Origin: Candidatus Nomurabacteria bacterium
GTDB taxonomy: Bacteria > Patescibacteriota > Patescibacteriia > HK-STAS-PATE-3
Length of the DNA: 64,000 bases
Assembly (NCBI GenBank): GCA_023898465.1
Contig: CP060223.1
Coordinates: forward strand, 288,001-352,000
Direction: 5' to 3'
Positions 1 through 7,666 of this stretch are shown here, piece after piece. A program made the translations under genes and the position numbers. How positions within the stretch are numbered: position 1 is the stretch's first letter; each line of letters starts with the position of its first letter. The notes beneath the pieces are model-generated. The model searched no databases. It worked only from the letters and a program-made list of their open reading frames with translations, and was not told the DNA's origin.

Positions 1-2
1 GC

Positions 3-893
3 GCTCGTGACTTCCTGGTGCCGTCGCGATTACAAGCTGGTAAATTTTTTGCCCTACCGCAGTCTCCTCAACAGTATAAGCAGCTTTTGATGGTAGCCGG
101 CTTTGAGCGCTATTTCCAAATCGCTCCATGCTTCCGCGATGAAGATGCTCGAGTCGATCGAGCGCCGGGCGACTTTTATCAAATTGATATGGAGTTGTCG
201 TTTGTGACCCAGGATGAAATCCTTCGCTTGACTGAGGAAATGTTCACCAAGCTAATCGCTGAAGTATTTCCAGAAAAGAAAATCCTGCAATCGCCCTGGC
301 CGCGGCTCACACACGCTGAGGTGATGGAGAAATACGGCACGGACAAACCTGATTTGCGTAAGAATAAAGACGACGATAATGAGCTGGCTTTTGCCTGGGT
401 GCTTGATTTCCCGCTTTTTGTCACGCAGTCTGAGGAAGATTTCTTTCACGGTTCTGGGAAATCTCGTTACGCGCCTTCGCACCACATGTTCACCGCGCCC
501 AAGGAAGAGGATATTCCTATGCTCGACAGCGATCCTGGCAAAGTGCGCTCATACCAGCATGATTTAGTGCTGAATGGCTTTGAAGTCGGTGGGGGAAGTA
601 TGCGTATTCATCAACCAGAGATTCAGGAAAAAGTGTTTGACATCATTGGTTTTACCAAGGAGCAAAAAAAAGAATTCCGTCACTTACTCACTGCGTTTAA
701 ATACGGCGTGCCTCCGCACGGTGGTATTGCTCCAGGCTTTGATCGCTTACTTTTCCGTTTATTGGGCGAGACAAGCATTCGGGAAATTATTCCTTTCCCG
801 CTCACGTCAGATGGCCGTGATCCAATGATGGGATCGCCTTCAAAAGTCGCTCCAAATCAACTTCGCGATTTACATATTCGTGTAGAGAAGTAA
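3..893 (+). CDS. aspS: aspartyl-tRNA synthetase, C-terminal part (5' end outside window)
   Basis: Open in frame from the window edge. Class II aaRS signatures are present: FFALPQSPQQYKQLLM, motif 2 FRDEDARVDRAPGDFYQIDMELSF and motif 3 region GGIAPGFDRL. Bacterial-type flanks YGTDKPDLR and FAWVLDFPLF are also present. Confidence 0.92.
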   Translation, partial: ARDFLVPSRLQAGKFFALPQSPQQYKQLLMVAGFERYFQIAPCFRDEDARVDRAPGDFYQIDMELSFVTQDEILRLTEEMFTKLIAEVFPEKKILQSPWPRLTHAEVMEKYGTDKPDLRKNKDDDNELAFAWVLDFPLFVTQSEEDFFHGSGKSRYAPSHHMFTAPKEEDIPMLDSDPGKVRSYQHDLVLNGFEVGGGSMRIHQPEIQEKVFDIIGFTKEQKKEFRHLLTAFKYGVPPHGGIAPGFDRLLFRLLGETSIREIIPFPLTSDGRDPMMGSPSKVAPNQLRDLHIRVEK

Positions 894-895
894 GT

Positions 896-1228
896 ATGGG
901 CCTCTCGCGCCTGCAGAAATATATCCTGAGGGAATTGGCGCAGACTCGACAAAAACAGGTGCCGAGCCAGCAGTTTCGTAAGTATTACACGAAGCAGTCA
1001 GCCAAGCCCAAGCAGAACGACATCGTTTCCATTGTCAGCACTTCCATTGAGCGTTTAATTGAGAGGGGGCTAGTCGTTGGCTACGGACGTCGCACCAAAG
1101 AGAAGTGGTTTATTGAAACGATTAGTCTGACTCCGAACGGTCGACATATCGCCAGAGCCTTACTCGGTCAACAACAGCGCTTGCCGCTCTTCCGCAGAAA
1201 AAAACATTCATCATCTTCCCATGCCTAA
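896..1228 (+). CDS. hypothetical small basic protein, possible winged-helix DNA binding
   Basis: 110-aa ORF 2 nt after aspS, overlapping the next gene by 8 nt. Helical and basic sequence; no family recognised. Confidence 0.55.
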   Translation: MGLSRLQKYILRELAQTRQKQVPSQQFRKYYTKQSAKPKQNDIVSIVSTSIERLIERGLVVGYGRRTKEKWFIETISLTPNGRHIARALLGQQQRLPLFRRKKHSSSSHA

Positions 1229-1814
1229 AAAAACTCCAAAGATTCCTCCCAAAGTAGATCGTTACCTTAGCCAAGCTGAATATCGCTTCGAGGCTTTTGT
1301 ACACCGAACGGTTTTTACGGCCTATGATTTAGCGCAGACCCTGAAATTTCCTTTAGAGAAAATCGCGAAAGTATTGCTGGTGCGGGCTGATAAGGACTTC
1401 GCGCTTATTGTGGTGGCAGCTAAGCGACGCCTGGACATGGCCAAAATCAAGAAGGCGCTCAAAGTAAAAAGCGTGAAAATTGCCAGCGAGAAAGATATGG
1501 TGAAGTACTTTAAGGTAAAAGCCGGTGCGATGACTGCCTTTGCCAAACTGCACGGCATTACCATGGCGCTGGATCGCGGATTAGCCAAAGAGTCGCAGGT
1601 GCTTTTCCCCAGTGGTGATTTTCAAATCGCCTTGCGGCTTTCTCCTAAGCAAGTGGTGAAGAATGAAGAGGCTATCCTGGCTGATTTGAGCGTTGCCACT
1701 AATCTGAAACTGCAGACACCCAAAAAGCCTCAGAAGAAATCCCGCCCAAAGAAAAAGGCGCGTCCCAGCAAAAAGAAAGTTTCATCGCCTAAACGGAAGA
1801 AGGGGAAGCGCTAG
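1221..1814 (+). CDS. YbaK/EbsC-type aminoacyl-tRNA deacylase domain protein with lysine-rich C-terminal tail
   Basis: Core region (AKVLLVRADKDFALIVVAAKRRLDMAKIKKAL ... MTAFAKLHG ... LFPSGDF) resembles the YbaK/ProRS-associated editing domain. Of the last 32 residues, 18 are K/R. Confidence 0.65.
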   Translation: MPKKTPKIPPKVDRYLSQAEYRFEAFVHRTVFTAYDLAQTLKFPLEKIAKVLLVRADKDFALIVVAAKRRLDMAKIKKALKVKSVKIASEKDMVKYFKVKAGAMTAFAKLHGITMALDRGLAKESQVLFPSGDFQIALRLSPKQVVKNEEAILADLSVATNLKLQTPKKPQKKSRPKKKARPSKKKVSSPKRKKGKR

Positions 1815-2533
1815 TGTATCAAATCAAGCTGCAGCAATTTGAAGGGCCGCTTGATCTGCTTTTGCGTTTGATTGAGCAGAATCAGCTGGATATTTCTCAA
1901 TTAGCCCTGGCGGAAGTCACCGAGCAGTTTATTGCAGAGATTGAAGCGGCTGAGTATATGAGTCCGGAGGAGCTGGCTGACTTCTTAGTCGTGGCTGCTA
2001 AACTGCTCTACATCAAGTCAAAAATACTCTTACCGCGTGATGAAGAGGATGAGGAAGAAGACCCGGGCATTTCCTTAGAGCAGCAGCTACGTCTTTACCG
2101 AGCCTACATTGATGCAGCCAAGCATATTGCCGAGCGCTGGCAAAAAGGCGATCGTATGTTTGTGCGCGAGCAGGCTAGTTTGCCTGAATCAATTTTCTTA
2201 CCACCACCGGGTGTGACACCAACCTTGCTCCAAGAGTTACTCTTGCACGTGATTGCCGGTATTGAGCCGATTGTGAATGTGAACGAAGGTGTGGTGCGCG
2301 CCACCGTAAACATCCGCGAAAAAATTACGCAAATTCGCGACATGCTGACTGCACAGCCCGACATTCGCTTCAATTCCTTGCTCGAAAAAATTACCACCAA
2401 GACTGAACTCGTTGTTACCTTCTTAGCCATGCTGGAGTTGGTCAAGCAGCGTTCAGTATTGCTGCACCAAGAAGATAATTTTTCCGACATTGTTATTTCC
2501 AGTTATAATGAAAGTCCTAACGAAAACGTATGA
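1814..2533 (+). CDS. scpA: segregation and condensation protein A
   Basis: GTG start. N-terminus QIKLQQFEGPLDLLLRLIEQNQLDISQLALAEVTEQF is the typical ScpA signature. Followed by scpB with a 4-nt overlap. Confidence 0.88.
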   Translation: MYQIKLQQFEGPLDLLLRLIEQNQLDISQLALAEVTEQFIAEIEAAEYMSPEELADFLVVAAKLLYIKSKILLPRDEEDEEEDPGISLEQQLRLYRAYIDAAKHIAERWQKGDRMFVREQASLPESIFLPPPGVTPTLLQELLLHVIAGIEPIVNVNEGVVRATVNIREKITQIRDMLTAQPDIRFNSLLEKITTKTELVVTFLAMLELVKQRSVLLHQEDNFSDIVISSYNESPNENV

Positions 2534-3237
2534 CACTTGAAGCCCAAATCGAAGCATTACTTTTTGCCAGCGCCCGATCTATCAGCCTGAAAAAAATCAG
2601 CGAGCTTACGCAGCAAGACACTGAGAAGGTGCAAAGCGCGGTAGAGCAGCTTATTGAAAAATATCGCAGCGAAGAGCGAGGGATTCGACTTATTCGTCAG
2701 GCGCAATCCGTCCAAATGGCCACCAGCGCTGAGGCCAGCGACATTGTCACCGCTCTGGTAAAGGATGATCAGCGGGCTGAGCTGACCAAACCGGCCCTGG
2801 AAACACTCACCATCATTGCTTACCGTGGACCGATTACCAAGGCAGAGCTCGACACTATCCGTGGTGTGAACTGCAGTTTGATTCTCCGCAACCTGATGAT
2901 TAAGGGCTTGGTGGAAACAGCGGAACGCGGACAAAAAATAATGACGAGCTATCAAGTGACCAATGATTTTCTGAGCTTCCTTGGATTGGAAAATATTGAT
3001 CAACTGCCTGACTATGCTACCTTGCATAGTGAAGAGCACATGAATAAGCTCCTGGAAAACGACGCAAAAGCCGCTACAGAAGCAGAAAAGACTGCTGAGG
3101 AAGGCGAGGACAAGCCTCAGGAGCAGTCTGAAGAGCCGACTCAAGCTATAGAGGACGAGACAAGCTCCAGTGAACATGCTTCATCAGATGGAAACGATGA
3201 GGCGAGCGAAGGGGAACATGATCAAAACACCAACTGA
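2530..3237 (+). CDS. scpB: segregation and condensation protein B with long acidic C-terminal tail
   Basis: IEALLFAS...ISLKKISELT and TLTIIAYRGPITKAELDTIRGVNCSLILRNLMIKGLVE match ScpB winged-helix repeats. The last ~60 aa are D/E/S rich. Confidence 0.88.
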   Translation: MTLEAQIEALLFASARSISLKKISELTQQDTEKVQSAVEQLIEKYRSEERGIRLIRQAQSVQMATSAEASDIVTALVKDDQRAELTKPALETLTIIAYRGPITKAELDTIRGVNCSLILRNLMIKGLVETAERGQKIMTSYQVTNDFLSFLGLENIDQLPDYATLHSEEHMNKLLENDAKAATEAEKTAEEGEDKPQEQSEEPTQAIEDETSSSEHASSDGNDEASEGEHDQNTN

Positions 3238-4051
3238 ATTTACCAAGCGCAATGAGCCCTTCTTTGTGTTGGGCAATTGGAAAATGCATTTACGCGCCAG
3301 TGAGAGTGCGCGCATAGCCAAGGGTTTGGTGAGCACGGCCAAGCGCGTGCAGGGCAAGGTGACGACGGTGGTCTTCCCTAGCTTTCCCGCATTAGAGAAG
3401 GTCCACACCCAGGTAAAAAAGAGCGCGGTGCAGCTGGGAGCGCAAAATATGTCTTGGGAACTAGATGCCAGTGATACTGGTGAGGTTTCGGCTGAGCAGA
3501 TTAAGGAATTTGGTGCGTCCTGGGTTATTATTGGCCATTCTGAACGGCGCTTAAAACTGGCTGAGTCAGATGAAATGATAGAGCGTAAATTGGCTGCAGC
3601 GCTTTTGCGCGGGTTGCAGCCGGTCTTATGCGTGGGCGAGTCTGCACTTGAGCGTAACCAAGGCAGGGGATTATTGCATATCATGCATCAAGTTGAATCA
3701 GCCATGCGTTACGTGCAGCCGCAAAAAGATCAGGTGATTACCATTGCCTATGAGCCAATCTGGGCTATTTCACCTGGTAAACCCTGCGAGCCGGCTGATG
3801 CTGATGAAATGACGCAAAATATCCGACAAGTTCTCATTGACCGCTACGGGGTAAAACCAGCCTACCAACATTTCCGGATTCTCTATGGCGGGAGCGTCGA
3901 TGCCAACAATATTGCCTCGTATTTACGCTTAGATGAAGTTTCCGGCGTACTTGTCGGCAGCGCCTCGCTGAAAATTCCTTCATTTCGTGCTATGCTAGTG
4001 AAAGCTGCTCAGCTTCGGCAGTCGTTAGTAAAGAAGCGCACTCATTCCTAA
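3218..4051 (+). CDS. tpiA: triosephosphate isomerase
   Basis: GNWKMH, IGHSERR, AYEPIWAI and YGGSV motifs. The start is uncertain: the ORF track opens at 3170, ATG 3218 is chosen here, and GTG 3266 is also possible. Confidence 0.9.
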   Translation: MIKTPTEFTKRNEPFFVLGNWKMHLRASESARIAKGLVSTAKRVQGKVTTVVFPSFPALEKVHTQVKKSAVQLGAQNMSWELDASDTGEVSAEQIKEFGASWVIIGHSERRLKLAESDEMIERKLAAALLRGLQPVLCVGESALERNQGRGLLHIMHQVESAMRYVQPQKDQVITIAYEPIWAISPGKPCEPADADEMTQNIRQVLIDRYGVKPAYQHFRILYGGSVDANNIASYLRLDEVSGVLVGSASLKIPSFRAMLVKAAQLRQSLVKKRTHS

Positions 4052-4064
4052 TACTCCCGTATCC

Positions 4065-5090
4065 ATGCCACGTAAGACTTCTGCAAAACGACGACTCGCC
4101 ATTAACGGATTTGGCCGAATTGGACGAGCTGCTTTTAAAATTGCTTTAGAAAGTAAAAAGTTTGATATTGTCGCGATTAACGACCTGACTGATACCGAAA
4201 GTCTGGCCATGCTCCTGAAGCATGATTCGGTGTATCGCAACTTCAATCACAAGGTTGGCTTTACCAAGGATTCCCTTATTGTGGATGGTAAAAAAATTCG
4301 CATTCTGGCTGAAAAAGATCCGGCTATGTTGCCTTGGAAGCGTCTGAAGATTGACGTGGTGCTCGAATGTACTGGCCGCTTTGTGAAGGATGGCGCTGCC
4401 CGGGCCCATATCAAAGCAGGTGCCAAAGCAGCTGTCGTTTCTGCGCCAACCAAGGGCGGAGACATCCCAACAGCCTTACTCGGTGTGCGTCAACCAAAGC
4501 CCGGCGAGCAGGTCGTTTCTAACGCTTCTTGCACTACGAATAACGTCGCACCGGTCACTCGAGTGATTATGGAGAATTTCGGCGTGTTGCGAGCAGCCAT
4601 GACCACGATTCACTCCTACACGGCTGAGCAAAACTTGGTTGACGGCCCACCGCCACCATTGCACCGCGATTTACGACGTATGCGAGCTGCTGCGGTTAAC
4701 CTCGTACCAACCACTTCTGGCGCGGCTATTGCCACGACCGAGGTGATTCCTGAGCTTAAGGGCTCCTTTGATGGTTTTGCTATTCGCGTGCCAACACCAG
4801 TGGTGTCCTTGTCTGACTTCACTTTCCTGGTAAAGAAAAAGACCACTATCGAAGAAGTAAACCGAGCCATGAAAAAGGCGGCTGAGGATCCTTCCTACAA
4901 AAATGTGCTGGCCGTAAATGAAGAACCACGCGTCTCTAGCGACTTTATTGGCGACCCACATTCTGCAATAGTTGACTTACCGCTCACGAATGTGATAGGT
5001 GGCGACCTTGTCAAAATCGTGGCTTGGTATGATAATGAATGGGGATATTCAACGCGGCTGGTAGAGATGGCACAGAAAGTGCATATCTAA
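4065..5090 (+). CDS. gap: type I glyceraldehyde-3-phosphate dehydrogenase
   Basis: INGFGRIGR Rossmann start, catalytic SNASCTTN and WYDNEWGYS C-terminus. Confidence 0.95.
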   Translation: MPRKTSAKRRLAINGFGRIGRAAFKIALESKKFDIVAINDLTDTESLAMLLKHDSVYRNFNHKVGFTKDSLIVDGKKIRILAEKDPAMLPWKRLKIDVVLECTGRFVKDGAARAHIKAGAKAAVVSAPTKGGDIPTALLGVRQPKPGEQVVSNASCTTNNVAPVTRVIMENFGVLRAAMTTIHSYTAEQNLVDGPPPPLHRDLRRMRAAAVNLVPTTSGAAIATTEVIPELKGSFDGFAIRVPTPVVSLSDFTFLVKKKTTIEEVNRAMKKAAEDPSYKNVLAVNEEPRVSSDFIGDPHSAIVDLPLTNVIGGDLVKIVAWYDNEWGYSTRLVEMAQKVHI

Positions 5091-5126
5091 AAGCACGCAA
5101 AAAACGAAAGGGGGTGTATTCCGTAC

Positions 5127-5312
5127 ATGTTACAGCTTAATTCATCAATGCTCGCCAGAGCCTTTCTCTGGTTCGGCCTCGTTTGTGGGTTGTTTGCCGT
5201 ATTAACCCAGCTGTCTGGTAAGACTTTCTTTGCCAGCTCGTTTTTCTATCTACAGGCCGGTATTTTAGGCGTCTTAGCCAGCATTGCCGTCCGAATGGAT
5301 AAGAATAAGTAG
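5127..5312 (+). CDS. small membrane protein (2 predicted TM helices)
   Basis: 61-aa hydrophobic ORF with an upstream AAAGGGGG Shine-Dalgarno-like run. Confidence 0.45.
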   Translation: MLQLNSSMLARAFLWFGLVCGLFAVLTQLSGKTFFASSFFYLQAGILGVLASIAVRMDKNK

Positions 5313-5381
5313 TTTGAGCAGGGCCATAATGAAGGGCTTGGCGAATTGCGTAGTTTTTGTTACCCTACGCTGGTATTTCGG

Positions 5382-5456
5382 GGCCCTATCGTCTAGTGGC
5401 TAGGACGCATGGTTCTCATCCATGTAACAGGGGTTCGATTCCCCTTAGGGCTACCA
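5382..5456 (+). tRNA. tRNA-Glu (anticodon CTC), CCA encoded
   Basis: Hand-folded cloverleaf. Acceptor GGCCCTA/TAGGGCT, D arm GTCT-AGTGGCTA-GGAC, anticodon stem CATGG/CCATG with loop TTCTCAT, T arm AGGGG-TTCGATT-CCCCT, discriminator A, then CCA. 75 nt. Confidence 0.93.
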
Positions 5457-5471
5457 GCCCGCTTAGCGGGC
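5457..5471 (+). terminator. stem-loop directly after tRNA-Glu (GCCCGC-TTA-GCGGGC)
   Basis: Perfect 6-bp GC stem starting at the base after CCA. The trailing U-tract is poor (TCTGCTG). Confidence 0.4.
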
Positions 5472-5539
5472 TCTGCTGATAAGGATAGAAGAAAGTAAAA
5501 GTGGAATGTTTAGCATGTTGTTTTATAAGTTAAGGAATC

Positions 5540-5840
5540 GAACGGGCGAGGACGTCTGCCAGCGGCAGGCGACCGCAAGCCCCGGCCTGAAGTCCCGATA
5601 GGGACGGAATGGTCGATTCCCCTTAGGGCTACCACGGGCCATTGCGCCGTGCGGACTGCGTCCGACCAGGTCGGACTCCGCCCTTACGGCGCATGTCCCT
5701 TTCCCCATTGCAAACAGTCCCTCTCGGCAGCCTCGAGGTCCTTGGTTTGCAACGGGGGCCCCGATAAGAGTGCGGGCCCAAGTGCTCGGCATTACAAAGC
5801 GTCCCAGAAAAAATGCCAGACACAAGTCTTCGGCATTTAA
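5540..5840. other. GC-rich, heavily base-paired non-coding segment (possible ncRNA or relic of foreign DNA)
   Basis: Nested helix 5644-5692: GCGCCGT/ACGGCGC enclosing GCGGA/TCCGC enclosing GTCCGAC/GTCGGAC. Long-range TTGCAAAC/GTTTGCAA pairs 5708-5715 with 5745-5752. Hairpin at 5811-5838. Only overlapping multi-frame ORFs lie here. Confidence 0.3.
5613..5634 (+). repeat. 22-nt exact direct repeat of the tRNA-Glu 3' end (copy of 5435-5456)
   Basis: TCGATTCCCCTTAGGGCTACCA occurs at 5435-5456 (T loop to CCA of the tRNA) and again at 5613-5634. Confidence 0.9.
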
Positions 5841-5927
5841 TGAGAAGAAGACGTAGGTCAACTTCAGAGTGAGTCACCACAAACATCGTCGCTGCGCTAG
5901 AGGCAGCATAATTCAGGAGGAAAAAAT

Positions 5928-6467
5928 ATGTCACGTAGCGTACTCATTTTCATCGTACTCCTCGTTATCCTCGCAGTAGGCGGTGGAATTGTTTGGTGGA
6001 TGGTCACCAACCCAAGCGAAAATAGCAACACAAATAATGCCGTTGTCGCGAATACCAACACTGAGGTGAATGCAAATGCTGCACCGAATATTGATGTACA
6101 GGCCGGTGCGGTGGATGTAGGACGAGAAGCCTTGCTGACCAGTGCGAACTTCCGCGCCAGCTCAGCTTCATTGCTCAGCGAATTTGACGGCCTAAGCGCC
6201 GCTGAAGATAAAAGCTACCTGGTTGTCTATTACATGTTGACGCCTTACGAAGGATCAAGCGAAAACGTGCCAAATCTGAACGATCAAAACGTTTCAGTCA
6301 GCAGCGGTGACACTTCCTATACACTGCAAGCAATTGGCACCACCCAGAGCGAAACTGATGGCGAAGAACTTGGCTATCTGCGTTTCGAAGTGCCTGTTGA
6401 CGCAAGCGGATTTGTCCTAACGATTTTAGACGGCGACATAGAGCAGACGATTGATCTGGGCTTTTAA
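5928..6467 (+). CDS. membrane-anchored hypothetical protein
   Basis: Strong SD (AGGAGG, 7 nt upstream). N-terminal TM helix IFIVLLVILAVGGGIVWWMV followed by an N/T-rich linker. Confidence 0.65.
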   Translation: MSRSVLIFIVLLVILAVGGGIVWWMVTNPSENSNTNNAVVANTNTEVNANAAPNIDVQAGAVDVGREALLTSANFRASSASLLSEFDGLSAAEDKSYLVVYYMLTPYEGSSENVPNLNDQNVSVSSGDTSYTLQAIGTTQSETDGEELGYLRFEVPVDASGFVLTILDGDIEQTIDLGF

Positions 6468-6520
6468 CCTATTGAGTGCCGGGTGAGTAACGGGGGATTG
6501 GCATTAGCGCAGGAGATGGC

Positions 6521-7633
6521 ATGAAGATTGGCATAGTTACGCAGAGCTTTTTCCCCATTCGCGGAGGTGTCGCAGAACACGTCTATCATACAGCGCATGC
6601 TTTAGAGCGGCGCGGACACGAGGTCGTTATTATTACGGCCAATTTTAGTCGTTTTGATGAGGATAGGGGATGTCGGGTCGAGCGCATCGGCCGCGATTTA
6701 ACCATTCCCTTTAATCAGGCTTTTGTAAACCTGACCATTAGCTGGAATATCCCGCAGGAGTTACGCCACCTAGAGCGCAAGTACGGCTTCGACGTGGTGC
6801 ATATTCACGGACCCTACGAACCATTTTTACCTGCCCTGGCGCTGAAGAATATCGAGTGCCCAAAGGTTGGCACTTTTCATGCCTTTAACGCGCATCCCTC
6901 GTTGGGCTATCGCGTGTTTGAAAATTACATCCGAACCTTTAAGGATCGTTTGTCAGCCCGCATCGCGGTTTCGCAAGCCGCTAAGGACTTTATCTCGCAT
7001 CATTTCCCGGATGATTATGAAATCATCCCAAACGGCGTGGATGTGCAGCGCTTTAGTCCGCAGGTCAAACCCTTCCCTTGGTATAACCCAGAGAAATTCA
7101 CCATCCTCTTTGTCGGTCGTATGGATCCGCGCAAAGGTTTGAAATATCTCTTACGCGCCTTCACCATGATCGCGTCCGAGTTCCCGCAGGCCGAGGTGGT
7201 GGTTGTCGGCAATGGTATATTGCGTCGCTATTACGAAACCTTTTTAGAGCCGAGCCTGAAAGATCGCGTGCGTTTCGAGGGCTTTGTCTCGGCTGCAGAT
7301 TTACCGCGCTACTATGCCTCCAGCGATGTGTATGTGTCGCCAGCCACCGGCAATGAGAGTTTCGGCATTGTCTTGCTCGAGGGTATGGCCAGCGGCAAGC
7401 CGGTGATTGCGTCGGATATTGACGGGTATCGGGATGTGATTCGCCATGGCCAGGATGGGATTTTGGTGCCAAAATCTGACCCAGCCGCCCTAGCCCAGGC
7501 TCTCCGCACCCTGGCCCGTGACCCGCAAGAAAGAGCAAAATACCAGCAGGCCGGCCGTCAGCGGGCTGAGGAATTCTCCTGGGAGTCTATTACTGACCGC
7601 TTGGAGGAGGTGTATAGGAGGGTGGTGTATTGA
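6521..7633 (+). CDS. glycosyltransferase family 4
   Basis: GT-B fold signatures: N-terminal KIGIVTQSFFPIRGGVAEHV and C-terminal ESFGIVLLEGMASGKPVIASD. Confidence 0.85.
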   Translation: MKIGIVTQSFFPIRGGVAEHVYHTAHALERRGHEVVIITANFSRFDEDRGCRVERIGRDLTIPFNQAFVNLTISWNIPQELRHLERKYGFDVVHIHGPYEPFLPALALKNIECPKVGTFHAFNAHPSLGYRVFENYIRTFKDRLSARIAVSQAAKDFISHHFPDDYEIIPNGVDVQRFSPQVKPFPWYNPEKFTILFVGRMDPRKGLKYLLRAFTMIASEFPQAEVVVVGNGILRRYYETFLEPSLKDRVRFEGFVSAADLPRYYASSDVYVSPATGNESFGIVLLEGMASGKPVIASDIDGYRDVIRHGQDGILVPKSDPAALAQALRTLARDPQERAKYQQAGRQRAEEFSWESITDRLEEVYRRVVY

Positions 7634-7666
7634 ACGTAGCAATGGAAGAATTATTAAAGTAAAAGA

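Noticed and set aside
3170-3217. N-terminal extensions suggested by the ORF track. Affected genes and track starts: tpiA 3170, DUF2779 gene 11142, ssb 32011, eno 34234, DedA-like 40398, recJ 43685, rnhA 45399, DUF1801 45856, WbaP-like 51020, GT 52357, Wzz-like 53447, orphan ORF 22773, secreted orphan 50577.
   Set aside because: These extensions overlap the preceding gene or rnpB and add non-conserved residues. Internal ATGs give canonical N-termini, mostly sit at stop-start junctions, and have an SD in some cases (ssb, the two orphan ORFs).
5613-5910. A permuted (two-piece) tmRNA. A tRNA-like ...TCGATTCCCC...ACCA end lies at 5634, a GGGGGCCCC run at 5754, and a tag-like frame V-T-T-N-I-V-A-A-L-E-A-A-stop ends at 5910.
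   Set aside because: The acceptor pairing with 5755-5761 is poor and lacks the G3:U70 alanine identity pair. The 3' end is simply identical to tRNA-Glu. The putative tag stop sits 10-15 nt before the SD and ATG of a real gene (5928), which leaves no room for the downstream tmRNA pseudoknots.
5523-5934. ORF-track ORFs 5523-5861 (minus), 5629-5934 (minus) and 5649-5840 (plus).
   Set aside because: They overlap one another in different frames within GC-rich, strongly self-complementary DNA. They have no SD and low-complexity R/G/P-rich translations, so I treat the region as non-coding.
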